DNA from: a virus
DNA: 64,000 nucleotides
Reading direction: 5' to 3' (one strand)
Virus record (IMG/VR): IMGVR_UViG_3300041411_000085
Location: 23,004 to 87,003 of that record
How positions within the stretch are numbered: the first letter of the stretch is position 1; each line of letters starts with the position of its first letter. Positions 45,395 to 54,374 of this stretch are shown here, in pieces. A program made the position numbers and the translations under genes. A model generated the notes under the pieces. The model was given only the letters and a program-made list of their open reading frames with translations. It was not told the origin of the DNA and searched no databases.

Positions 45395-45742
45395 TTAATT
45401 ATTTGTATTGTTCTGTGTCTGGATATTATTTTGAATCACTTTCTGATTCTGTTTCTTATCAGCCTGTAGCTGAACCATTCGTTGTTCAAGTATATAAACT
45501 CTTTGATCTGTGCTTACTTGATAATCATCTTGTCTTTCTGAAACACCATTCAATCTTTGCTCAAGATAATCTGTATTGTTAGCTATTACTTTCAAAACTT
45601 CTTGGTGTACTAACGTAAGCTTCTGTCCGTAGTTATTAACGTTAGCACTCTCGCTGGAGTTAGACATCAATATTGCTATCAGAATTGTAGACAAAATAAG
45701 ATAAGCTACAGTTGCTGTTCGATCCAATACCTGCCAGATCAT
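45395..45742 (-). CDS. membrane-anchored coiled-coil protein in the lysis region
   Basis: N-terminal TM helix; GGAGG RBS. Confidence 0.65.
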   Translation of the reverse strand: MIWQVLDRTATVAYLILSTILIAILMSNSSESANVNNYGQKLTLVHQEVLKVIANNTDYLEQRLNGVSERQDDYQVSTDQRVYILEQRMVQLQADKKQNQKVIQNNIQTQNNTNN

Positions 45743-45754
45743 TGGACCTCCGAG

Positions 45755-46036
45755 TTACTTCCGTGATTTTAAACTTCCGAAGTATAAATCGAGTCTAGCC
45801 AATAGGTCAGACCGCATACCTTCAATGTTAGTAACTAATCGCTGCTCTGTATCCTTGAGTTGCTGATTACTCACCTTGTCTGTGTAGAGGAATAACACCC
45901 TACTCTCAAGCTCTTTGTTCTGTGTTCGGATATCTTGGATTACAAGCATACCAAGAGCCATTACTAGAGAAAGAAGTCCAAGTGCAAACTTTTCCCATGT
46001 AGCTGAAATACGACTATTAGCAGAGTCATTTGACAT
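45755..46036 (-). CDS. single-TM protein in the lysis region (possible holin/antiholin)
   Basis: FALGLLSLVMALGMLVI TM helix plus a coiled coil. Confidence 0.6.
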   Translation of the reverse strand: MSNDSANSRISATWEKFALGLLSLVMALGMLVIQDIRTQNKELESRVLFLYTDKVSNQQLKDTEQRLVTNIEGMRSDLLARLDLYFGSLKSRK

Positions 46037-46307
46037 TCTTATACAACTCCACTTGATCAGCCTTATTCTTACGAAGCTTATTCATCTGCTTTTCCCACTT
46101 ACCGATACAACCAACGTTAGTGTTCTGAGCAATAGCTAGATCAATAAGACTCTCACCAGCAGGAGTTGGTTTACAGGGACTTACTAGGAGATTGTCCGGT
46201 GGAAAGACATTGGCCACTGTCGGGGTAGACACTACACCAGCCGTTGCGAAGCAGCCCTGTAACATTAGGACTAAGAAGCCCATCATCAGGCAAGAAATTA
46301 CTTTCAT
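46026..46307 (-). CDS. outer-membrane spanin (Rz1-like lipoprotein)
   Basis: Signal peptide with lipobox LQG-C; PPDNLLVSPC; overlaps the i-spanin 3' end. Confidence 0.75.
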   Translation of the reverse strand: MKVISCLMMGFLVLMLQGCFATAGVVSTPTVANVFPPDNLLVSPCKPTPAGESLIDLAIAQNTNVGCIGKWEKQMNKLRKNKADQVELYKNVK

Positions 46308-46650
46308 CTTTAATAGTCTCGTTTTGTTTAGGTGCCACAACAGTGACAGCTTTACTTGGTGTTTTCTTCACTGTAGCCAATTCTTTAAGTTGACTATTTA
46401 CAGGAGAAATACCTTCATCAATCTTATTCTTCTCAGCTACAAGCTCAGCACCAGAAGAAGCATCAATCTTACAGCTCAATCCCTTTAAGTTAAGGGACTT
46501 TTGCATACCAGAATTGACGTTAATAGCTACCACTAGTGCTTGCTCAGCTATCACCTTATCGTCGTGTAGAGATAGAGAAAGCCAGCCTAAACCAATAGTG
46601 CTTGCAGACAGTCCAAGGATAATGTAGAACATCCAGCTATTGAACATCAT
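46171..46650 (-). CDS. inner-membrane spanin (Rz-like)
   Basis: N-terminal TM helix, periplasmic domain with Cys, position after endolysin and holin. Confidence 0.7.
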   Translation of the reverse strand: MMFNSWMFYIILGLSASTIGLGWLSLSLHDDKVIAEQALVVAINVNSGMQKSLNLKGLSCKIDASSGAELVAEKNKIDEGISPVNSQLKELATVKKTPSKAVTVVAPKQNETIKDESNFLPDDGLLSPNVTGLLRNGWCSVYPDSGQCLSTGQSPSKSL

Positions 46651-46885
46651 CTTCTTCCTCTTTCTGTGAGGTTTGCTTTATGAACTTACCGAAGCTACCT
46701 AGAGCTGCTACAAACCCCATTGCTAGAATAATGTATGTGGGGCTCAATGAAACAAGTCCCATACCAAAAGCCAGACTAAGGCCATATGCAACACTAATAA
46801 GCACAGTGCCGACTAAGGACAGGAAGGAGTAAGACTTCAAATGAGCAAGGGGATTATCAATTAACTTTGGTTTTGTTAGCTTCAT
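46637..46885 (-). CDS. holin (two TM helices)
   Basis: AGGAGG RBS before MKLTK; two TMDs and a charged tail; adjacent to the endolysin. Confidence 0.65.
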   Translation of the reverse strand: MKLTKPKLIDNPLAHLKSYSFLSLVGTVLISVAYGLSLAFGMGLVSLSPTYIILAMGFVAALGSFGKFIKQTSQKEEEDDVQ

Positions 46886-47396
46886 TAACAACCTCCTGAA
46901 CATCCAAAGGAATTTCATTCATGCAAAACTGATACTCTTTTGTACGTCTAGTTACAAGCCCGTTCAATTTCTTTCCTTTCGCATAAATCCAGCGTGTCAG
47001 CTCTAGACAAGCTCCACCATAATTCCCGGCATTCAACCTCTTAAGCATAGTGCTAGATGAGAAGTTACCAATCCCAACATTATAAACAAATGAAAGCATT
47101 GCAGCGTGTTGGTAATCAGACTTAAAAGGAACTTTCACAACAGACATAAGTTGCTTGTCGTGTTTGATAAGATCATCAGCAAACACTTTATCACATTGGT
47201 CAACTGTAAAGGTTTGTTCAAGCTTAAGTTCTGGTCCTGTATGCCCTCGACATGAAGTTACGATGTGTACAGGGTCTAGGTAAGTCTTAGTAACCAAGCC
47301 CTCAGAAGGGCTTATTAGGAAAGCCCCACTAAGTGCGAGTGCAGAACCAAGACCAACCCCAAGAAGCTTTTTATACAAATTAGAGTTGGTACTCAT
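46857..47396 (-). CDS. SAR endolysin (T4-lysozyme-like, GH24)
   Basis: Gly/Ala-rich N-terminal SAR segment after KK; catalytic E-x8-D-x5-T; FVYNVG; GLVTRR. Confidence 0.9.
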   Translation of the reverse strand: MSTNSNLYKKLLGVGLGSALALSGAFLISPSEGLVTKTYLDPVHIVTSCRGHTGPELKLEQTFTVDQCDKVFADDLIKHDKQLMSVVKVPFKSDYQHAAMLSFVYNVGIGNFSSSTMLKRLNAGNYGGACLELTRWIYAKGKKLNGLVTRRTKEYQFCMNEIPLDVQEVVNEANKTKVN

Positions 47397-47406
47397 GTAA
47401 TATCCT

Positions 47407-47892
47407 TTAAACAGTTTCAGGTGGGATTGGCCACTCTGGGTTGGCAACACTCACATCAATATCACGAAGTGCCCGGTAATAGTCCTGCCACTGTTTAGCC
47501 ACAATACTTTCTTGATCTGTAGCCTCCCCAAGTTGAAGTGAAAGCAATACAGGTGTCATCGACAAAGACGCCGCTGACATGAGCTGGTCCCGTTGTACCT
47601 TATTGATTGCTTCAAAGTCCTGACTTGGGTCATATGGAGCAGTGAAAACGCCGTCAGCATAAGTCCAACGCTGATCAGGTTGTGGAACTACATCAGTGAT
47701 ATCCACCATGTTCAAAACAAAGTCAGGGTGGAAACGTTCCTCGATTGGGATTTCCAATCCAACCCTTGCAACTAACATTCCCCACAGCTCAGGTCCAAAT
47801 TGCTCCTCAAGGGCTGGGTCTGGAACGTCGTAAGTCCTCGGGGGAACTATCTCCTGAACTTCACCGTTGATTACAAAAGCGTAAGTCTTCAT
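47407..47892 (-). CDS. tail fibre assembly chaperone
   Basis: C-terminal W.DY.RALRDID...PEWPIPP. Confidence 0.8.
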   Translation of the reverse strand: MKTYAFVINGEVQEIVPPRTYDVPDPALEEQFGPELWGMLVARVGLEIPIEERFHPDFVLNMVDITDVVPQPDQRWTYADGVFTAPYDPSQDFEAINKVQRDQLMSAASLSMTPVLLSLQLGEATDQESIVAKQWQDYYRALRDIDVSVANPEWPIPPETV

Positions 47893-48933
47893 TTATGCAT
47901 ACTCTCTGATGATTAAAACACCAGCAGCACCGGCTGCTCCCGATACTGCTGCCTGACTCGGGCCTGCTGCCGAACCGCCAGCGCCGCCGCCAGCAGATTG
48001 GCCAGTAACACCAATAGCAGCACCACCACCCGCTAACGCTGGACCGCCGCCCGGTCCAAAATAAGATCCGCCGCCCTGACCGCCTATGAATGCGGTTAAG
48101 GATATTCCATAAAAACCGTATCCACCAATTGAAGATGTAACGTTTGCCCCCGAGACTGTTTTGGTTGGCTGTGCACCGCCAAAAACAGTGTTACCAGTTT
48201 GGGCGGTCGAGCCGGGCGACCCAGTGCCTCCGTTTACAGAAAGGAGTACTCCAAGATTTGTTGCTCCTCCTGTACCACCATTGCCACCGGGAGCAACACC
48301 CGCTACGCCCCCAGCGCCAATAGCCACAGATGCAGCCACTACGGGTGCTGCATACTCACCCATACCATAGGAACCACCGCAACCGCCACCTGTTACAGAA
48401 AAGTTAGATGCTCCCGTGGCGGTTGTAGCGCCTGAACCACCACCACCGCCACATGCCTCTGCGATTAATTTGGATGTGTTAGATAGTGTAGAAAAGGCAC
48501 TAGCACCTGTTGTGGTGAAGGCACCACCGTTCACAGAAACATTCTGGACTCCGGCGATCAAGGTGTAGACGCTAGTGCGTAACAATCTCCCAGTGATTGG
48601 AAACGCAAGCTTCCAGTATGTTGTTGCTGTAGTGGGGTCTTGATTCAAACTGTCTTGAAGGGCTACATAAACATTACCGTCACTGCCTTGAACATACGAA
48701 CGTACACCAGAAGTTGTAAAATAATAGTTAGACGCGGCATCCCACTCACTAATACCTTTCTGGAACAAATGGAGGATTGCATTATCTTGACGATTCTGTG
48801 ACCAATTCTCCCACTGGAAGGGTGGAACTTCTGCTGTCCACCCTGTTTGAATCTTTACATTACTCGGGGCGACGATGGAGCCCCCCGAAGACCACTGGTA
48901 GGAGAAGTCTGGTTTTACTACTTCATTTGCCAT
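47893..48933 (-). CDS. tail fibre protein with a glycine-rich domain
   Basis: N-terminal TGW.AEVPPFQWENW anchor; GGGG-rich C-terminal half ending GVLIIREY. Confidence 0.8.
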   Translation of the reverse strand: MANEVVKPDFSYQWSSGGSIVAPSNVKIQTGWTAEVPPFQWENWSQNRQDNAILHLFQKGISEWDAASNYYFTTSGVRSYVQGSDGNVYVALQDSLNQDPTTATTYWKLAFPITGRLLRTSVYTLIAGVQNVSVNGGAFTTTGASAFSTLSNTSKLIAEACGGGGGSGATTATGASNFSVTGGGCGGSYGMGEYAAPVVAASVAIGAGGVAGVAPGGNGGTGGATNLGVLLSVNGGTGSPGSTAQTGNTVFGGAQPTKTVSGANVTSSIGGYGFYGISLTAFIGGQGGGSYFGPGGGPALAGGGAAIGVTGQSAGGGAGGSAAGPSQAAVSGAAGAAGVLIIREYA

Positions 48934-48946
48934 TTAATAATTTCCT

Positions 48947-49711
48947 TTAAAGAAGCTGACCATATTGTCCGCCCAACGATAAATCACTTAAATCTCCGTA
49001 GCCTCTGGCGTTAGGAGCACCTTGAAAACCAAAGGGGTTCTCAGCTATAAATTCACCAAAGTTAACTCTCACACCAATTGGCTTTGGGACAAACCTTGAA
49101 GGATATCCTGAAGAGTATGATGTATAGTTCAACAAAACCTTCTCAAATGAAGTTAATTGCCTTCCCATCATTAAAGTGAACTCAGCATTTCCTTCAGCAA
49201 CCACTAAGTTAATATCAATACCAAATACAAACTGCATGAACTCTATAAATTGGTTTGGAGTGGCGTTAGTATTATTCTTAATAATCTTAGCTTTGATGAA
49301 CAATCGATATTGTTCATCTGTAAGAAGGGTATTGCCAGCTAGAGGATTGTTGATATCGTAATAAGGTCCACCAAGAGATGGGTTGTCCAAATCACCATAA
49401 GACTGTGCGTCTGGATAACCTTGGAAGGCAAAGAACACAAGGAGTGCTGTATCAATAAGCTCTCTAGGTTGACCTACAATATCTCCGATGATGTCTAGTT
49501 GAGCCCCCGTAGCAGTGTCGATAGATCGCTCTTGCATCAGTTGACGGAAGACTTCTTGAAGCTCTATCTTCCCGCCGAGTAGGAGTTGGAGATATTTGTC
49601 GAATATAATCCCACCAGATTGTCCATCTTCATCTAAGCGAAATTGTTCAGTCACTCGTGATCTGGCAATAGAGAGGTAGTCTTCAATATTGAAAATGTTT
49701 AATTCAGACAT
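48947..49711 (-). CDS. baseplate wedge protein (DUF2612-like)
   Basis: TATGAQLDIIGDIVGQPR; D..YRLFIKAKI. Confidence 0.75.
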   Translation of the reverse strand: MSELNIFNIEDYLSIARSRVTEQFRLDEDGQSGGIIFDKYLQLLLGGKIELQEVFRQLMQERSIDTATGAQLDIIGDIVGQPRELIDTALLVFFAFQGYPDAQSYGDLDNPSLGGPYYDINNPLAGNTLLTDEQYRLFIKAKIIKNNTNATPNQFIEFMQFVFGIDINLVVAEGNAEFTLMMGRQLTSFEKVLLNYTSYSSGYPSRFVPKPIGVRVNFGEFIAENPFGFQGAPNARGYGDLSDLSLGGQYGQLL

Positions 49712-49720
49712 GCTCCCTCC

Positions 49721-51160
49721 TTATGTGATCACGATGTTGACGCTTGATATGGACGCAATCTGATCAAAGCTCACTGGTACATTAACTACACCAGCAGGAC
49801 TCGGTGAGGTGCCAACAGTCAGTGTGTTAACTTGGTGACCCGGTACAGCATTCACTGGAGTATACAAACGGCTGTAAACAACATCATCACCAGTACCAAG
49901 ATTATCGGCAAAGTATTGGATGATATTACTTTTGATTAAATCATTTCCGTTAGCTGGGAAATTAACGTCTGTAGTGATGTCCATGCTGATATATATGACA
50001 AGAGCATTAGGTCGTGAAAAACTTACGTTATGAGCAAAACCTTGTACATCGTTGATACTTACAGTGGTGTTACCATAACTCAAAATACCAATTGGCTTGT
50101 TATCCCAAATAGCATTAGCAATATCTGTAGACAACCCACCAGAAACAATAGGAAGAAAGCTGTGTGCAGGAACGCCATTACCGTCTACAACAGATGTGTC
50201 ATTCTCGTAGATAGTCACTTCACTGACATTATCCAAATTGATAAGGGCAGAGTAAATAGCATCTAGTGTGTTAGTTGCACGATCAAACTTACCATTACGA
50301 AAGCGTAGTCTGAGTTGCTCATCGGTTTCACGATCTTCGCCGGGAGTTGCAGCAACGGGGTTGACAGCACTGTCCCAACCAAGCATTGGTGTGAGGATTG
50401 TATCAATAGTGTTTGCAGGTTGTTCAATGATGCCAGATTCTACAGCAACCACCTCACCAACAGTACGTACTTTATTAATACCAAGATTAACAGACGTGGT
50501 GAAGTTTACTGTCTGGAAGATATCGTTGCGATCAATTACTAAAGTGGTGCCGACTACAGAGGAAGTCAGTGTAGGATGAGCACCAGCAATAACACCTTGC
50601 AATCCAGCCAAGATTTCAGCAACAGTAGCACTAGCATCAGACGTATACGTTATGGTGTTAGAGGTTGTTGTATTGGCATAAGTGATGGTGTAAGCTGTGC
50701 TATCCTGTAGGGTGACTACTGATACGGTGATACCACTAGCGTTGCTCGGGGATAGAGAAATAGCGCCAACTGTAGTGAATTGCTCGCCAGTTGTAGAGCT
50801 ACTTACAGTTTGTCCAACAGGGATTAGCGTGTTAGTGTCGCCAGCAACTAGGATAGAGGATGTGGTGAAGGTTTGTTCTTTGCGGGTAATGCCCGCATAT
50901 GCCACAAGGTTGTCAAGAGCAATGCCAGTTGCAGAGTTTGGGTCAAAGGCTGCATAGACTTCTTGGGCAGCTTCCCATAGGTCAGCTTCAGAGGGAGCTG
51001 CTAGGGAGATAAGGCGACCTAGTGCAGAAGAGTCTGATACATCGACTGTATCGGAAGGTTGAACAAGGTCTTGGAACAACTGCACAGCTAAGGCACGATC
51101 ATCGGCCAGAATATCGGCTAAACGTTTAATGATGAATCCCGCGTCTGTTACGCCTGCCAT
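49721..51160 (-). CDS. baseplate J-like wedge protein
   Basis: ATGIALD...GITR; GEDRETDEQLRLR. Confidence 0.85.
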   Translation of the reverse strand: MAGVTDAGFIIKRLADILADDRALAVQLFQDLVQPSDTVDVSDSSALGRLISLAAPSEADLWEAAQEVYAAFDPNSATGIALDNLVAYAGITRKEQTFTTSSILVAGDTNTLIPVGQTVSSSTTGEQFTTVGAISLSPSNASGITVSVVTLQDSTAYTITYANTTTSNTITYTSDASATVAEILAGLQGVIAGAHPTLTSSVVGTTLVIDRNDIFQTVNFTTSVNLGINKVRTVGEVVAVESGIIEQPANTIDTILTPMLGWDSAVNPVAATPGEDRETDEQLRLRFRNGKFDRATNTLDAIYSALINLDNVSEVTIYENDTSVVDGNGVPAHSFLPIVSGGLSTDIANAIWDNKPIGILSYGNTTVSINDVQGFAHNVSFSRPNALVIYISMDITTDVNFPANGNDLIKSNIIQYFADNLGTGDDVVYSRLYTPVNAVPGHQVNTLTVGTSPSPAGVVNVPVSFDQIASISSVNIVIT

Positions 51161-51173
51161 AAATTAGAGTCCT

Positions 51174-51548
51174 TTAGTTCAGGGGGTTAATTACAATTGG
51201 GGCTGAAACTTCCCCTGTTACTACTCTAACTTTGAATGTTAGGGAATATTGGCGGTTCACAAATGTAGAATCAAAACTTATAATTTCTTTTACGCCATCT
51301 TCAGCAAGAATCTGTTGTTGAAATATGAGGTCGGCAGCAGCCTTGGAAGTTTGCTTGATACCTAACAACCGTTGCCAATAAGGGACGCCGTAGACAGTGT
51401 TAATAAACCACTCCCCGTAAAAAGTTAGGAGTCTGATCTTTAATCTTTGCCCAACAGTTTCGGTAAGGGGTTGAGTTGTATCCGCTGCAACTAATGGCCC
51501 ATTGTGCCAAATGATATCCCAAGATGTGGGATCAAGTTTGAAGTCCAA
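51174..51548 (-). CDS. baseplate protein (gpW/gp25-like)
   Basis: QRLKIRL..FYGEWF....GVPY; TTG start after AAGGAG. Confidence 0.7.
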   Translation of the reverse strand: MDFKLDPTSWDIIWHNGPLVAADTTQPLTETVGQRLKIRLLTFYGEWFINTVYGVPYWQRLLGIKQTSKAAADLIFQQQILAEDGVKEIISFDSTFVNRQYSLTFKVRVVTGEVSAPIVINPLN

Positions 51549-51558
51549 AAGTATCTCC

Positions 51559-52344
51559 TTATGCTGTAGGAGTACCAGAAGTACCGCCACCAACTGTAAC
51601 GCCAATGTGTTTGTGGGTAGAGAAAGGAATTCCGTTAAAGGTTGCAACTCCAGTGATTGTATAATTACCAATCTGCACTAGATTTCCTTGTAGATTGATA
51701 TTCCCAATCCACGTTGTAACGTCTGCATCAACTATCATGCTTGGAGTATTCAAATTAATGCTGGTTGCAGCATTAATAGTAACGTCAGAGCCTTCAATAA
51801 CAATTGGCATGTTACTTGTTGTAATCCCAATACTACCATCAACTTTAATTCTAACTTCAGCCTCAACGCCACCTAAGTTACCAAAGATTACAGTGTCCTT
51901 TGGGTCATGCGTAAGCACATGTTTTGCTGGGTTATTGACTGCAACACCGGGGGGCTGAATACCCGGAAGAAAGATGGCGTCACTTTTATCCATCTTGGCG
52001 AAGTTCATTGGGCTCGCTGGCCTGCCATTCCCAGCCTTCCAACCGTCCATATTCCTCATAGAGAACATTGCTGTACCAGTATCACCAACTTCAATTGGAA
52101 AAGTGAAGCCAGCTTTCTTGGACACTTGGAAAGATACAGGTACGCCGCCAATAGTTGGTCTTTCTGCTACTGTACCATCTTGTTGTTTTTGATTAATGGT
52201 TGGCTGGATATCTACCATTTGTCCATTAAGTCCATCACGAACAGCAACAACGATACAAGGGATGATGGTGTAGAGGTTATTAATCTGACTATCAAAAGCA
52301 CTTACCATTGTACTTTGAATAGCTGCTACAGCTTCTGAACTCAT
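51559..52344 (-). CDS. baseplate central spike (Gp138/gpV-like)
   Basis: OB-fold-type N-terminus; C-terminal HKH metal-binding tip. Confidence 0.85.
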   Translation of the reverse strand: MSSEAVAAIQSTMVSAFDSQINNLYTIIPCIVVAVRDGLNGQMVDIQPTINQKQQDGTVAERPTIGGVPVSFQVSKKAGFTFPIEVGDTGTAMFSMRNMDGWKAGNGRPASPMNFAKMDKSDAIFLPGIQPPGVAVNNPAKHVLTHDPKDTVIFGNLGGVEAEVRIKVDGSIGITTSNMPIVIEGSDVTINAATSINLNTPSMIVDADVTTWIGNINLQGNLVQIGNYTITGVATFNGIPFSTHKHIGVTVGGGTSGTPTA

Positions 52345-53240
52345 GAACCACCACCTTTTTGAACAACCTTCTCTAGACTAGTTGCTTTGATATCCGTGTA
52401 CCAGCCCGGAGAACGCCAGCCACCATAATGTCTAAGTGACTCTACTTTAAACCAGCCGGTGATAAGAGTATCTTCTAGGCGGATAATGTCCCCAGCACGA
52501 ATATCAGAATTCAAAAGGATTTTCATCTGTATTCCGGGCTTCTTAACTTTATCTTTCTTCGAACGTTGGCGATCACCTGACACCCTGTAAGCACTTTCAA
52601 TAAGACCCGTATACTTGGAGATAACATAGGCCTGTTGAAAGTTCTCTGTGTTACCCCTATCATTGTCATGGATGTAGGCAACACCGTCATCTAACTGCCA
52701 GTTACAAGCATACTTCTCACAAATCTCATCCAACATCTCTTTAGGTGTTCCGCTAAGCGGATATCCATATATGAGGGGATTGTTTAAGTTGGTGCCGTTG
52801 AAAACCCCTCTGTCCGCTCCGATAGCGCGAATAAGCCTTTCGGCAGCTAGTCTTGGGGGTTGTCCTTCTGGAACAAATTCAGACAATACTTGATGGTTCA
52901 GCTCTGTATAACCTGTGCCTAAAGTAATCTGTGTAACTCGTTCAGTGCCTGATTTACGAGTGGTTACGTGGATAACCTGACCAGAGAACAAACGTTTTGG
53001 ACCACCTGTGTCTAAATAACCGGCTGAAAACACTGCTGCTGGATAATCCGCATCAAGAAGCCTAATGTGATCTTCTGATAGGTTATAAATTTCAATAGCG
53101 GCACTATTAGTTTTCTTTTTATTATCAGAACTCTTACTAATATCAAACGTAACTTGAAGGTCAGTAATTTCTAATGCCTCGCCAGAGTTATAGTCACCAA
53201 TGATTAGTCTATACTGGCGGTTTCTCTGGATAAGCTCCAT
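52341..53240 (-). CDS. baseplate hub protein
   Basis: FDISKS...IEIYNLS...AGY...FSG; synteny. Confidence 0.75.
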   Translation of the reverse strand: MELIQRNRQYRLIIGDYNSGEALEITDLQVTFDISKSSDNKKKTNSAAIEIYNLSEDHIRLLDADYPAAVFSAGYLDTGGPKRLFSGQVIHVTTRKSGTERVTQITLGTGYTELNHQVLSEFVPEGQPPRLAAERLIRAIGADRGVFNGTNLNNPLIYGYPLSGTPKEMLDEICEKYACNWQLDDGVAYIHDNDRGNTENFQQAYVISKYTGLIESAYRVSGDRQRSKKDKVKKPGIQMKILLNSDIRAGDIIRLEDTLITGWFKVESLRHYGGWRSPGWYTDIKATSLEKVVQKGGGS

Positions 53241-53575
53241 TAGTCTTCCTCTGTATAGATATAGAAAAGGTTGTAATATTGATCAATAGAATCAGGATAA
53301 ACTTTATAAGGTTCACTGATAATATCTGCTTTCTCTTCCATCCAGATAAACCCCGTAAGGGGAAAGATTGCATAATCTAAGAATAGGGGATAATTAGGAA
53401 CTAAAGCTTCACCCAACACAATAGGGTTGTTATCTGCATCATAAAGATTGATGAAGTATAACTGAGCCCTTTCATTATAGATAAACTCAAAGATATATGA
53501 GTCACCTTGAAAGGCTATGGTGTAAGTGTAGTACACATCACTGAACAAAGGCATTGCTATGTATTTATCAGCCAT
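53240..53575 (-). CDS. baseplate-associated virion protein
   Basis: Synteny between the hub and the tube initiator. Confidence 0.6.
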   Translation of the reverse strand: MADKYIAMPLFSDVYYTYTIAFQGDSYIFEFIYNERAQLYFINLYDADNNPIVLGEALVPNYPLFLDYAIFPLTGFIWMEEKADIISEPYKVYPDSIDQYYNLFYIYTEED

Positions 53576-54365
53576 TTTCCCTTGCCTGTCTTAGTGGGTC
53601 TGTGTCTTTGGGGGCATTACTTCCTGCGGCTGCTCCATCAACATTCTGAGGGGTGCTGTCTTGTTTACCTTTAGATGCTTTACTTGAAGCTTTCTTTTTA
53701 AGAGAGTCTTGTACGTCTTTTGGGATAGTAGTTTTCTTCAAGAAAGCAAAAGTAACTTGTTCGAATGTGATATCACAATACAAGCCATATCCAGTGTTTG
53801 GATCTTCCTTGAAAGTAATCTTTGTCATTACAAGATTGTTGATTACTTTACGCAAAAGTGTATTGTCATATTCAAACAAACGAACAAGTTGAATACTTGG
53901 ATCAAAGTTGCCAGTCTTATCGTTGAAGACAACACCAACAGTAAGATCAATCAGAGCTTGTCTAATTTGCTCAAGAAGATCAGCACGTCTACTATCAACT
54001 ACAACCTCTGGTGTACTGTCTGATAAGAACTGCCCAATGCTGTCGGGAATAAACTTCTTCAAAACACTTTGGTCTGTAGAGTTTACACTAACAGCATTAG
54101 GGGCTTGATTGCTATTGTATGGAGAGTTACCATCTAAGTCCTGAATAAGGTAAGTACCAGTAGAAATATCAACACCAGTAATTACTGCCCCAATTGTTAT
54201 GACAGGATTATTACGAACAAAGTGGTCCGTAATATTTCCTCCTTGGTCCACCGGGTGCTTCGTTACACTACCACCATAGTTTTGTGTGTAAGCTGTTACA
54301 GCCGATAAATAGATGAATCCACCATCTTGAACAGAGGAGTCGCCCCACTCGATTGCCAGCGACAT
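53568..54365 (-). CDS. tail tube initiator / baseplate protein
   Basis: VTKHPVDQGGNITDH motif; follows the tape measure. Confidence 0.7.
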   Translation of the reverse strand: MSLAIEWGDSSVQDGGFIYLSAVTAYTQNYGGSVTKHPVDQGGNITDHFVRNNPVITIGAVITGVDISTGTYLIQDLDGNSPYNSNQAPNAVSVNSTDQSVLKKFIPDSIGQFLSDSTPEVVVDSRRADLLEQIRQALIDLTVGVVFNDKTGNFDPSIQLVRLFEYDNTLLRKVINNLVMTKITFKEDPNTGYGLYCDITFEQVTFAFLKKTTIPKDVQDSLKKKASSKASKGKQDSTPQNVDGAAAGSNAPKDTDPLRQARENG

Positions 54366-54374
54366 AGGCGCTCC

